From: Candidatus Kapaibacterium sp.
GTDB taxonomy: Bacteria > Bacteroidota > Ignavibacteria > Kapaibacteriales > UBA2268
Length of the DNA stretch: 64,000 bases
Reading direction: 5' to 3'
Assembly (NCBI GenBank): GCA_963665665.1
Contig: OY762428.1
Span: 2,944,001-3,008,000 of the forward strand
Shown: piece after piece, positions 17,234-27,900 of the stretch
How the letters are laid out: each line of letters starts with the position of its first letter
Numbering within the stretch: position 1 is the stretch's first letter
Notes under the pieces: model-generated
Database searches by the model: none
What the model was told of the DNA's origin: nothing
Seen by the model: only the letters and a program-made list of their open reading frames with translations
Translations under genes and position numbers: made by a program

Positions 17234-20224
17234 ATGCAAAACATGAACTATAATTTTACTGACACGAGCGAAGCCGGCCTTGAGGCTACAATAGAAAAAT
17301 ATCTGTTAGAAAATGCCGGTTATCAAAAAGGTAATCCCGAAGATTATGACCGTTCCCATGCTGTCGACCTGATTAAGCTAAAATCATTTCTCGAATCCAC
17401 TCAACCCCAAATAGCGGAAAGCCTTAATCTCGAAACTGAATCGCCTGCAAGGACTCAATTCCTCCACAGGTTGCAGGGGGAAATTGCTAAAAGGGGCATA
17501 ATTGATGTTCTTCGTAAAGGCATAAAACATGGACCGCATTCCATTACGATGTTCTATGGCAGCCCTACGGCAAATAACGAAAAAGCAAGGCTGATGTTCG
17601 GACAAAATATATTCAGTATTACAAGGCAGTTGAAATATAGTAAAAACGGGACACAATTAGCCCTTGATATGGGAGTATTCATCAATGGCCTTCCTATTGC
17701 GACATTCGAGCTTAAAAATAAACTTACAAAGCAGACCGTTGAAGACGCTGTTCAGCAATATAAAAATGACCGCGACCCGAAAGAATTGCTGTTTCAATTC
17801 GGACGCTGTATAGTTCATTTTGCAGTCGATGACCATGAAGTTCGCATGTGTACTCATCTGAAAGGCAAAGACTCATGGTTTCTGCCATTCAACAAAGGAT
17901 ACCTTGACGGAGCAGGTAATCCTCCCAATCCGGATGGCTTAGCCACGGATTATCTTTGGAAAGAAATTCTCCAAAAAGGCCGGCTGACGGATATTATTGA
18001 GAACTACGCACAAATTCTTGAAGAAAAAGACGAGAAAACCGGTAAAAAGAAAAGAAAACAAATATTCCCAAGATACCATCAATTAACAGTTGTGCGAAAA
18101 TTGCTTTCTGATGCTGCAAATAGAGGAGCCGGTAAAAGATATTTAATTCAGCATTCGGCCGGAAGCGGAAAATCTAATTCAATAGCCTGGCTTTCTCATC
18201 AATTAGTCGGATTAGAAAAGGATAAAAAAGCTGTATTCGATTCAATAATTGTCGTAACGGACAGAAGGATATTGGACAAACAGATCAGGGATACAATAAA
18301 ATCATTTGCACAAGTCGGCAATATTGTTGGTCATGCCGAGCGTTCGGGAGATTTAAGAAAGTTTATAAAAGAAGGCAAGCAGATAATAATAACAACTGTT
18401 CAGAAGTTTCCTTTTATACTCTCTGAAATTGGAGATGAACACAGGCAAAACAAATTTGCAATTATTATAGACGAGGCTCATTCGAGCCAGGGGGGAAAAG
18501 CATCTTCCAAAATGAATATTGCTCTTGCTGAGCCTACTGTTACTTACAATCCAGGTAATGAAGAAAAAGACATTGAGGACGTTATCAATGAATTGATTGA
18601 ATCAAAGAAAATGCTGACAAATGCCAGCTATTTTGCATTCACAGCTACGCCAAAAAATAAAACTCTTGAAATATTTGGCGAGCCATCCCCTCAAGCCGAT
18701 GGAAAAATAAAGCATTATCCATTTCACAGTTACACAATGAAGCAAGCCATTCAGGAAGGTTTCATTCTTGATGTGCTTAAAAATTATACTCCCGTCTCAA
18801 GTTATTATCGCTTAGTGAAAGCAATTGAAGATGATCCTGAATTTGATACCAAAAAAGCTCAGAAGAAATTGCGGAAATATGTAGAATCCAACGAACACGC
18901 TATTCGGGAAAAAGCGGAGATAATGGTTGATCATTTTCATGCAAAAGTAATGGGGCAGAGAAAAATTGGCGGTCAGGCAAGAGCCATGGTTATTACCAGT
19001 TCTATAATGAGGGCTATTGAATATTATCATGCAGTAAATGATTACCTGAGTAAAAAAAATTATCCGTATAAAGCCATAGTAGCTTTCTCCGGAGAGCATG
19101 AATATGGCGGAGTAAACGTAACTGAATCGAGTCTTAATGAATTTTCCAGTAATAAAATTGTCGATAAAATTGCTGAAGATCCATACAGGATACTGGTTGT
19201 AGCAGATAAATTCCAGACAGGATATGATGAACCATTGATGCACACTATGTATGTCGATAAACCTTTGTCAGGAATAAAGGCAGTTCAGACACTTTCAAGA
19301 CTAAACAGGTCGCACCCTAAAAAGCATGATACGTTCATTCTGGATTTTTATAATGACACAGAAATTATACAAAAAGCTTTTTCTGATTATTATAGAACAA
19401 CTATTCTAAGCGAAGAGACCGATCCGAATAAATTGCACGACTTAAAAGCTGATTTAGATGGATATCAAGTATATTCCCCCGAGCAGATAAATAGATTAGT
19501 AGAACTGTACTTATCGGGATCCGAAAGAGAAACCCTCGATCCTATATTAGATGCCTGTGTTGCAGTTTACAACACAGACCTTGATGAAGACGGACAGGTT
19601 GATTTCAAAGGAAAATCTAAAGCATTTGTGCGAACTTATGGTTTCCTTTCATCTATTCTTCCTTATAGCAACACCGAATGGGAAAAATTGTCAATATTCC
19701 TAAATTTCCTTATACCCAAATTACCTGCCCCGAAAGAAGAGGATTTATCCAAAGGAATACTTGAAACTATTGATATGGACAGTTATCGGTCAGAAATCAA
19801 AGCAAGTATGAGTATTACTCTTGAAGATAAGGATGCAGAAGTCGATCCAATTCCAACCTCCGGAGGAGGTAGAAAACCAGAACCTGAGCTTGACCGGCTG
19901 AGCAATATTATAAAAACATTTAATGATCTGTTTGGCAATGTCCCTTGGAAAGACAAGGACAAAATCCGACAGGTAATTGCACAAGAAATACCGGAAAAAG
20001 TTGCAGCTGATACAGCTTATCAGAACGCGATGAAGAACTCTGATAAACAGAATGCAAGAATAGAACATGACAGAGCTTTAGGTCGGGTAATGGTAGAACT
20101 TATAGCCGATCATACAGAATTATTTAAGCAATTTAGCGATAACCCATCATTCCAGAAATGGCTAAGCGACACAATTTTTGGGGTAACATATAATGCCGGT
20201 GGGCAAGCATTAGGAGGAATTTAA
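17234..20224 (+). CDS. hsdR: Type I R-M restriction subunit R
   Basis: D..INGLP...ELK nuclease, QHSAGSGKS, IIDEAHS, FTATP, KFQTGYD, QTLSRLNR. Confidence 0.95.
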   Translation: MQNMNYNFTDTSEAGLEATIEKYLLENAGYQKGNPEDYDRSHAVDLIKLKSFLESTQPQIAESLNLETESPARTQFLHRLQGEIAKRGIIDVLRKGIKHGPHSITMFYGSPTANNEKARLMFGQNIFSITRQLKYSKNGTQLALDMGVFINGLPIATFELKNKLTKQTVEDAVQQYKNDRDPKELLFQFGRCIVHFAVDDHEVRMCTHLKGKDSWFLPFNKGYLDGAGNPPNPDGLATDYLWKEILQKGRLTDIIENYAQILEEKDEKTGKKKRKQIFPRYHQLTVVRKLLSDAANRGAGKRYLIQHSAGSGKSNSIAWLSHQLVGLEKDKKAVFDSIIVVTDRRILDKQIRDTIKSFAQVGNIVGHAERSGDLRKFIKEGKQIIITTVQKFPFILSEIGDEHRQNKFAIIIDEAHSSQGGKASSKMNIALAEPTVTYNPGNEEKDIEDVINELIESKKMLTNASYFAFTATPKNKTLEIFGEPSPQADGKIKHYPFHSYTMKQAIQEGFILDVLKNYTPVSSYYRLVKAIEDDPEFDTKKAQKKLRKYVESNEHAIREKAEIMVDHFHAKVMGQRKIGGQARAMVITSSIMRAIEYYHAVNDYLSKKNYPYKAIVAFSGEHEYGGVNVTESSLNEFSSNKIVDKIAEDPYRILVVADKFQTGYDEPLMHTMYVDKPLSGIKAVQTLSRLNRSHPKKHDTFILDFYNDTEIIQKAFSDYYRTTILSEETDPNKLHDLKADLDGYQVYSPEQINRLVELYLSGSERETLDPILDACVAVYNTDLDEDGQVDFKGKSKAFVRTYGFLSSILPYSNTEWEKLSIFLNFLIPKLPAPKEEDLSKGILETIDMDSYRSEIKASMSITLEDKDAEVDPIPTSGGGRKPEPELDRLSNIIKTFNDLFGNVPWKDKDKIRQVIAQEIPEKVAADTAYQNAMKNSDKQNARIEHDRALGRVMVELIADHTELFKQFSDNPSFQKWLSDTIFGVTYNAGGQALGGI

Positions 20225-20225
20225 A

Positions 20226-21431
20226 ATGAACAAAGTGGCACTTCTTTTAGGATCTGGGATGTCAATACCTGCAGGATTGCCGGGAACATGGGATATTACT
20301 AATGAAATCCTTAATAATTATAATAAATGGTTTAAAGATGGCGAGGAATATAGACTAAAGACTGCATCAGGTCAAAGTGAAGATTATTTTGCCAATTGTC
20401 CTTATTCTAGGTATCCCCAAAAAATATCAAGATTTCTTAAAATAATTGCCACTGAACTGAATCAGTACTACTGCACAATTGCAAAGTCAGAATATACGGT
20501 TAATTATGAAGAGATCTTTGATGTGATAAATCAAATTAAATTGGGCTTCTCAAGGGATGTAGATAATCCTCTTACAAACCGAATAATCCATTGTCTTGTA
20601 CATTCTATCGATCCAATTTTTCCAGATAATCAGGATAAATATGAAGAAGTGAAACTACTTTGTAAAGAAGCTGAGAAATTTATAAAATCGGTTATACACC
20701 TTTCTTTAGTAAAAAAGCACGGTTGCATTAATTATTTAGATATCATTTCCCAAATAGTTGAAAATAGTTATGTTCCTGGCATAGCTACATTAAACCATGA
20801 TACTCTTTTGGAAAAATCATTGAGGAAAAATTTGATTGAATACAATGATGGTTTTGCTGAAGCAGGGAAAGGAGTGAGATTTTTTGACAACCACCAATTA
20901 AATAGACAAGATAAGCTAAAATTGTTAAAATTACATGGTTCTATAGATTGGTATAATTTCAGAACCGATGATGGCGTATCTTTGAATATCGAAGAAATTG
21001 GACAGTATGACGAATGGCAAAGTGAGGACGAAGTCCAAATTTCTGTAAATGATAAAGAATATAGAGTTGATAAAAAACCTCTGTTCTTAACAGGCTTTAA
21101 TAATAAATATCTTGAATATAATTATGGAATTTACCTTGACTTATTCTATCAGTTTCATCAATTACTAAATCAGACTGATATTTTGATTATTGCAGGTTAT
21201 GGTTTTGGTGATAATACTGTAAACTTGAGAATAATTGATTGGTATACAAAAAGAAATGACAGAAAAATTGAGATAATAACTCCAAATAAAGATACAGCGA
21301 TTAATAATGCAAAAGGAGCTATACATTCAAGGTTAAAATTTGATTGGTCTGATGATCGCATTCACTGGATAGAAAAAGGTATTCAGGAATTAGAAATAAC
21401 AGATTTGAAATATATAAGCAAAAAATCATGA
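20226..21431 (+). CDS. SIR2-like (SIR2_2) protein
   Basis: LLGSGMSIPAGLP, TLNHD, KLHGSIDW, GYGFGD. Confidence 0.85.
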   Translation: MNKVALLLGSGMSIPAGLPGTWDITNEILNNYNKWFKDGEEYRLKTASGQSEDYFANCPYSRYPQKISRFLKIIATELNQYYCTIAKSEYTVNYEEIFDVINQIKLGFSRDVDNPLTNRIIHCLVHSIDPIFPDNQDKYEEVKLLCKEAEKFIKSVIHLSLVKKHGCINYLDIISQIVENSYVPGIATLNHDTLLEKSLRKNLIEYNDGFAEAGKGVRFFDNHQLNRQDKLKLLKLHGSIDWYNFRTDDGVSLNIEEIGQYDEWQSEDEVQISVNDKEYRVDKKPLFLTGFNNKYLEYNYGIYLDLFYQFHQLLNQTDILIIAGYGFGDNTVNLRIIDWYTKRNDRKIEIITPNKDTAINNAKGAIHSRLKFDWSDDRIHWIEKGIQELEITDLKYISKKS

Positions 21432-21506
21432 AAACATTATTTACAAGAGTCGAGTACACATTATCATTTTTAATTGAAAAAATAGAAATGGGAGCTTAGA
21501 AGGGAA

Positions 21507-22394
21507 ATGCTATTATACAAATATATTGACAACAATATCATCAAAGTACTCGAAAAATGTAGTTTGAAATTTACACGTAGGAATGAACTAAATGATCCTT
21601 TTGAACTTTTTCCTTATTTCAAACTAACAGACAATAACTCAGATGATATTATTGACACAATTGATGAAAAAGAATTCCAAAGATTATTTCTTGAGAATTT
21701 ACCTGAAGAAGCATTTCAAAAAATGTCTCCTGCTGATTGGTTGGCTTTTGAAAAAAATACAAGAGGTCAGAATCCTTATAAAGAAGAAGATCCACAAAAC
21801 TGGCAGGTTAATTATTTTAATGATTTAGTTCCGAAAATAATGGCTCAACTTAACAAGGAATTTGTTTTATTGAGTTTAACAGAAGATCCATTAAATATTA
21901 GCATGTGGACACATTATGCTAACAATCAAAAAGGCTTTGTGATAGGTTTTGAAACTGATAATGATTTCTTCTATGAAAAGAGAGATATAAATTTAGAATA
22001 CCGGAATGTACGAAAAGTTGAATATGTTCAGCAAAGGCCAATAATAGCAGACATATATAATATGGATGAATTGAGTAATACTTTTTTTAGAAAAAGTACA
22101 GATTGGGTTTTGGAAAAGGAATGGAGAATATTAAGAATGCATGATGATGCCGATGAAATTATTACTGATAATAACCAAGAGATAGTTTTATTTAATTTTA
22201 ATCCGATGATTATAAAAGAAATATATTTTGGTTTAAGATCAGATAATGAACTAAGAAATAATATATTTGAGATTATTACAAATAATAATGCTTTTTCAAA
22301 TGTGAAGTTATATCAAATTGAATTAGATGAAAAGCAATTTAAATTATTGCCGGCTAAAGTTACTTTGCCAGAATCGGAGGCAGAAAATGAATAA
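21507..22394 (+). CDS. DUF2971 domain protein
   Basis: LYKY, LNDPFE, SLTE..LNISMWTHYANNQKGFVIGF, KSTDWVLEKEWR, EIYFG. Confidence 0.85.
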   Translation: MLLYKYIDNNIIKVLEKCSLKFTRRNELNDPFELFPYFKLTDNNSDDIIDTIDEKEFQRLFLENLPEEAFQKMSPADWLAFEKNTRGQNPYKEEDPQNWQVNYFNDLVPKIMAQLNKEFVLLSLTEDPLNISMWTHYANNQKGFVIGFETDNDFFYEKRDINLEYRNVRKVEYVQQRPIIADIYNMDELSNTFFRKSTDWVLEKEWRILRMHDDADEIITDNNQEIVLFNFNPMIIKEIYFGLRSDNELRNNIFEIITNNNAFSNVKLYQIELDEKQFKLLPAKVTLPESEAENE

Positions 22395-23385
22395 TCAATT
22401 AGAAGATGAATTAATTTCAATAGTAAGAAAAATAAGTTATCGTGTGATGAACTTGCATAAAATTTATTCTTTCAAGCTAATCAATTTTAATTCGAGTTCC
22501 AATTTTGAAAAAGCTCAAATTACTAATGTCCGCAATAAGAAAGATATTGAAGATTCTAAAGTGCTATTTGGAAATATTCTATTAAGATGTGAATCACTTA
22601 TTTATTATTTCAATCAAATGACAACAGAAACATTATTACCAAATGGAGACCATAATTCGATAAAGAATTCGACTCCATTTGATTCTAACTTGAACAGAAC
22701 ACATATGAAAGTATCAAGAAATTACCTTTTTTTATTTGATACAATTATTAATCTTATAGTTTCCCTATATGAATATATTGCTAATTGTTGCTCCTACATT
22801 CTCATAGGACAACATGCTCGAAAGTTTAAATGGAAGAAATCTATCTTGGAAATACAAAAAAGGAGCTTTAGCGATTTAAGTTTCTGTTTAAACCAAATTA
22901 ATAAGGAATTTATAGATAAACTATCAGAGATCAGAGCAGATATATTCCATTACAATTTTCTTCGGTTATCTTCAAAACTATCACAAAATATTATGGATAG
23001 TTCAGTAGAAATGGAATTTAAAGTTGATGAAAAAATTCAGAAATTTTTAATTGATTCGCAATTAATTACTGAAAATAGCTCCAAAGTAGAAATATTGAAC
23101 GCCACAAAAATAATAATATCAAAAGGATTAGAGAATGTAATTAGTATTCTCGAAGAGCTGAAGAGAAGCGTATTATTTATGAATAAAGATAATTTAAAGA
23201 AACCTTCAAATATTGGAGATTTATTCGTAAATGCTGGTTTTAAAAATTTTTACGAATTACAACAAGCCCTGTTGTACCATTGGGGATATTTCTGGGATGA
23301 CATCCAGCAATTTGAGAATTTGGATTATTATCAGAGAGCCATGAATAAAATGATGATGCCATTTAAGTTTTATCCTGAAAATTAG
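22387..23385 (+). CDS. Hypothetical protein, possible HEPN (Cthe_2314-like)
   Basis: All-alpha AT-rich ORF with RADIFH (Rx4H); ATG at 22387 has a GGAGG SD and overlaps the DUF2971 end. Confidence 0.5.
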   Translation: MNNQLEDELISIVRKISYRVMNLHKIYSFKLINFNSSSNFEKAQITNVRNKKDIEDSKVLFGNILLRCESLIYYFNQMTTETLLPNGDHNSIKNSTPFDSNLNRTHMKVSRNYLFLFDTIINLIVSLYEYIANCCSYILIGQHARKFKWKKSILEIQKRSFSDLSFCLNQINKEFIDKLSEIRADIFHYNFLRLSSKLSQNIMDSSVEMEFKVDEKIQKFLIDSQLITENSSKVEILNATKIIISKGLENVISILEELKRSVLFMNKDNLKKPSNIGDLFVNAGFKNFYELQQALLYHWGYFWDDIQQFENLDYYQRAMNKMMMPFKFYPEN

Positions 23386-23418
23386 ATAGGAATTAATTAA
23401 TATTTATAGAATAATATT

Positions 23419-24714
23419 ATGCCAAGACAAAGAACAAGAAAAAGATGGGAACACCCTACATATAAATTCGCATACTGCATCGAGCGGAATGGTATCGTCT
23501 ATACAATCATTGATGGAGCTGAAAAAGTTGCCATCAAAGGGCTGATTTGGGATAATAAGAACAAAGCCGAAGCTCTGAAAATCCTTGATGAGAGATTAAC
23601 CGAAGCTCATAAAGTTGAAGAAGTCGAATCAAAAGAAGAATCTGATTTAAGGCCTAAAACACTGTATGAAGCAGTAGAGGAGTTTTCATCTATCAGATTT
23701 ACCAAATTTGATAAAGCTACGATCAAATCTTATATGACTGCATTCAAAGCATATCTTGTAGAAGATTTGAATCTTGCTGATATTAACCGGATAAGAGCTA
23801 TGATTCGGGAAAGGCAGACGATCAATAAACATGCTCCGAATACTCAACTGAAATATCTTTCCAAACTCAATAAACTGTTTGAGTACTGTATTGACCAGGA
23901 ATATATAAGCAGAAATCCTATTCTGAAAGATATGAAACCAGATGAGGTTGCCCCAGAAGTAAAACTTTTTACTCAGGATGAACTTAATACACTGTTTGAT
24001 TATTTCTTTAATCTTGAGAAGGTTGTAATTCCGTTAAAAGGGAAGCCCGGAAAAAGAGTGAGGAATAGAAATCTTGCAGAAGATAAAAAGCAATTTGCCT
24101 GGATGATTAAATTCATTTCAATGGTTGGTACAAGGGCAATGGAGACAATAAACATCTGGTGGGATGTGCCGAAGGCTCCATTGATTTCTAATTCAACAAG
24201 GAAATCTGTAATCCAGTTACCTGAAAGAATAATAATTGATGGGAAAAGATCAAGACGAGCCAAACCAAGAGTAAGAGAATTTCCATTACAGCTAATTCCG
24301 CAGGTATATGAAGTCATTCAGGAATTAGAAAAGTATAAAGATATTAACAAAGGAAAACTTTTCAAATGGAATTCAGTTGCCTGTCTTGAATTGTGGATGA
24401 GAGATGCATTACAAGAATTGGAGCTTGAACCCGGAAGAAATTTACATGCTTTGAGAAAGACGGCAATAAACTGGTGGGAAAAGGAACTCGGGATTCCTCT
24501 TCATGTTTGTAATTACATGGCAGGCCATAATCAACAAACAAGAGATAAGTACTACGGATCGAATCCAACAGCACTTGAATTAGTCAATATGAGCTCAGTC
24601 CGATTCCAGTCCGATTCAATTTTAAATGGAAACATCATTAGTCCACAAAATTCGAATCAAGGAAAAGATGGAATTATTGTAAATCCTTATCTATCAGCTA
24701 TTAATAAAAACTAA
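23419..24714 (+). CDS. Tyrosine recombinase / phage integrase
   Basis: SAM-like core ending YISRNP; GTR, HALRKT, MAGH, KYY catalytic motifs. Confidence 0.9.
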   Translation: MPRQRTRKRWEHPTYKFAYCIERNGIVYTIIDGAEKVAIKGLIWDNKNKAEALKILDERLTEAHKVEEVESKEESDLRPKTLYEAVEEFSSIRFTKFDKATIKSYMTAFKAYLVEDLNLADINRIRAMIRERQTINKHAPNTQLKYLSKLNKLFEYCIDQEYISRNPILKDMKPDEVAPEVKLFTQDELNTLFDYFFNLEKVVIPLKGKPGKRVRNRNLAEDKKQFAWMIKFISMVGTRAMETINIWWDVPKAPLISNSTRKSVIQLPERIIIDGKRSRRAKPRVREFPLQLIPQVYEVIQELEKYKDINKGKLFKWNSVACLELWMRDALQELELEPGRNLHALRKTAINWWEKELGIPLHVCNYMAGHNQQTRDKYYGSNPTALELVNMSSVRFQSDSILNGNIISPQNSNQGKDGIIVNPYLSAINKN

Positions 24715-24741
24715 AAATTTGGGAATTGGCTTATCATAGTT

Positions 24742-24754
24742 CGTCCCTGACCAC
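24742..24754 (+). other. Putative attR core: duplicated 3' end of a tRNA (tRNA-Phe-like)
   Basis: CGTCCCTGACCAC resembles the ...TCCGTCCCTGACCA end of tRNA-Phe genes; no full cloverleaf upstream; lies just after the integrase. Confidence 0.55.
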
Positions 24755-24767
24755 AAAATAAAAACTT

Positions 24768-24809
24768 AAACCCTTGTAGATGATAGATTTGCAAGGGCTT
24801 TGTTTTTTT
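24768..24809 (+). terminator. Hairpin/terminator after the tRNA-like end
   Basis: AAACCCTTGTAGA...TTTGCAAGGGCTTT followed by a T run. Confidence 0.6.
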
Positions 24810-24969
24810 AGGTGGCAAAAACTTAATAAATATATTATTCATCCCATCCTTGCCTTTTTCCCTAAAATTTACGATATTAAGGTATTGTAGATATTTGGGG
24901 GTGCCGAATATAGATTAAGGTTTCAAATTAATCATTAGAGGCACTTAATTAATTGGAGACGAGGAACTC

Positions 24970-27900
24970 ATGAATAAAGCAATCCTTATATTATTACTTC
25001 TTCTGCCGCTGGCAGTGCAGGCACAAAGCTTTTCGGTATTTGATATTGATGATACGAATTTTCCGGTTATAAAAGCCAAATTCTGGGCTTTCGATGCAGA
25101 CGGAAAACAGATCACAAATCTTTCCCCATCCGATTTTGAAATAACAGAAGATGGTGTTCAAAGGGATATTTTAAATATCTACTGCCCTGAGCTTCAAGCG
25201 TTGCAGGCTATATCCAGCGTTTTAACAATAGACGTATCGGGCTCAATGTCAGGCAGAAACCTTGAAATGGCGAAAGAAGCTGCCAGGACATGGATTGAAA
25301 CAATGCCACTCGGGAAATCAGAATGCGCTATTACTTCATTTACTTTCGAGAACCTAATGGTTCAGGACTTCACAACGGACAAATCAAGGCTTCTTGAAAA
25401 ATTGAATACCATAATATTAGGCGGCGGAACAGATTTTGATGCCGGTTTTATAGATCCTATGGCAGGAGCTTTGATTACCGCTGAGAAAGGGAAGCATAAA
25501 AGAGTTTTAGTATTCCTTACTGACGGCCAATCCTCCGGAAGTGAAAATGAAATAATCCAAAAAGCAAATGAACTCGAAGCACAGGTTTTTTGTATCACTC
25601 TTGGCCAGGAATGTCCCAAAATATTGCGAAATATTGCCGAGCAAACAGGAGGCTGGTGGTTTGAAAATATCATAGAAGTCCAACAGGCAAAGGAAATTTA
25701 TCTAAGAATATTAAATGTTGCTCAAAGCGTAGGCGCCTGTGAAATCGAGTGGCGAAGCGACTATTTTTGCAACACCGGAAAAACGAATGTGAATCTGGAA
25801 TTGTTGCCATACAGTTTAATAGCCGAAAGCAAATATGAACGCCCGGAATTGTCAATAGCGCATCTCGAATTTGAACCACCATATCTCAGCTTTAAAAATC
25901 CTAATCCGGGAGAAAAGATTTGGCAAGTTGTAAAAGTAACAGCAAAAAATGATGATTTTAAAATCAATGACATTATTGTCAACAATCAGAAATACTATAT
26001 TTATCCTTCGAATTTTACTCTGAAAAAAGGAAAAAGTAAAGATTTACAAATTAGTTACGAAGCAACTGACAGCGCATACACATATTGTAAAATGGAATTT
26101 CAAACGGATAAATGCCAGGAAATATTTTATGCCAGCGGTGGATGGACAGGAGTAGCTACACTGGTAAGAACATTGGAATTGATACATCCCAACGGCAACG
26201 AACAGTTCATTGCAGGCAGTGATACAATTATTACATGGGAAGGACTAACGCCGTATGATGTTGTCTCGATCGATTACAGTATAAACAACGGGCAGTCATG
26301 GAGGAATCTCGCCGATAGCGCTATGGGCCTGCTTTACAATTGGAGTAACGTCCCATTGCCAGCCTCGGATAGTTGCCTTATAAAAGTATCCCAGCCGGGA
26401 GAAGGGCTGCCTGCTCATTCAATCGAATGGCAGAAATGCTTTGGCGGCAGCAAAAACGATTGGGCCTTATCGATTTGCCAAACAGATGACGGTGGTTATA
26501 TTACTTTTGGCTATTCAGAATCAAATGACGGTGATATAAGTGAAAATTACGGCAACTATGACTACTGGGTTGTGAAAACGGACTTCGCCGGAAATATTCA
26601 ATGGCAAAAAAATTATGGTGGGAGTTCGCTTGAACAGGCAGAAGTAATAATTCAAACTCTGGACGGTGGGTATATTATTACCGGCACTTCCGGTTCAAAC
26701 GACGGAGATGTTAGCGATAATCACGGAAATAATGATATTTGGATAGTAAAGTTAAATAAAGCAGGTGCAATAGAATGGCAGAAATGCTATGGTGGAACTC
26801 AAATGGAAATCATTAAAGATATTGTACAAACTTCTGACAACGGATATATTTTTGCGGGTTTTACTTATTCCAATAACGGGGATGTTTACGGAAATCATGG
26901 AAGCACAGATTATTGGGTTGTAAAGATAGATTCAGAAGGCGTACAGGAATGGCAGAAATGTCTTGGCGGAACCAATGGAGATTATGCCAATTCCATACAG
27001 CAAACGAAGGACGGAGGCTATATTGTAGCCGGCTATACAAGGTCAAGGGATGGTGATGTTTCAGGATATCATTCGTTTAATGATTTCTGGGTAGTAAAAT
27101 TAACTGATGCTGCTGAGATAGAATGGCAAAAATGCTATGGCGGGTATGACGATGATATTGCTTATGCTGTTTGCCAAACAAAGGACAGCGGATATATTGT
27201 TGCTGGTTTTACTTATTCAAATGATGGCGATGTTCTGAATAATAAGGCAGGCAATAATATATGGATACTGAAGCTAAATACTTCCGGCGAAATACAATGG
27301 CAAAAATGTTATGGGGGAAGCGAATTTGATTGTGCTATTGATATCAATGAAACAGATGATGGCGGTTACATAATTGCGGGAGAGTCAGGTTCGAAAGACG
27401 GCGATGTTGATTGGAACCACGGAGAAAGAGATTACTGGATAATAAAACTCAATGAAAACGGTTTCATTGAATGGCAGGAAAATTTGGGCGGCAGTTTAAG
27501 GGATGCTACTTATTCAGTACTGCAAACCAGTGATAAGGGATATATAATTGCCGGTTTTACTTATTCAAACGATGGTGACGTGTCCGGCAATCATGGCGAA
27601 TCTGATTTCTGGATTGTTAAATTAACGCCCGACAAACCTCCCCTCCAATCCGATACATCCGATGCAGTTTTCTCCATTGTTGCCCCTCTCGCCGAAGCCA
27701 GAAACATAGATATGGGAAGGGAAATTGTTGGCGAAGTGAAAGATTCTCTTTTCGTGGATTTTGTTGTTAATACCGGGTCGTATAAGGTAAGGATAGATTC
27801 AATATATTTCACCGGGGCTGATTCAATTGCTTTTGCCCAGGTTTCGGCTTTCCCTGTTTATGAAATTGAGGTGGATAAGGCGCAATCCACAGAATTCAGG

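Larger units (their letters stand above)
1..24754. mobile_element. Right end of an integrated prophage-like element carrying a defence cargo
   Basis: Phage-type replication/recombination operon, divergent Cro/CI pair, tyrosine integrase followed by a tRNA-3'-like sequence; continues beyond the left window edge; no structural genes visible in this window. Confidence 0.85.

Noticed and set aside
24720-24760. Complete tRNA gene
   Set aside because: Only a 3'-end-like 13-mer; no D or anticodon arms or matching 5' acceptor strand
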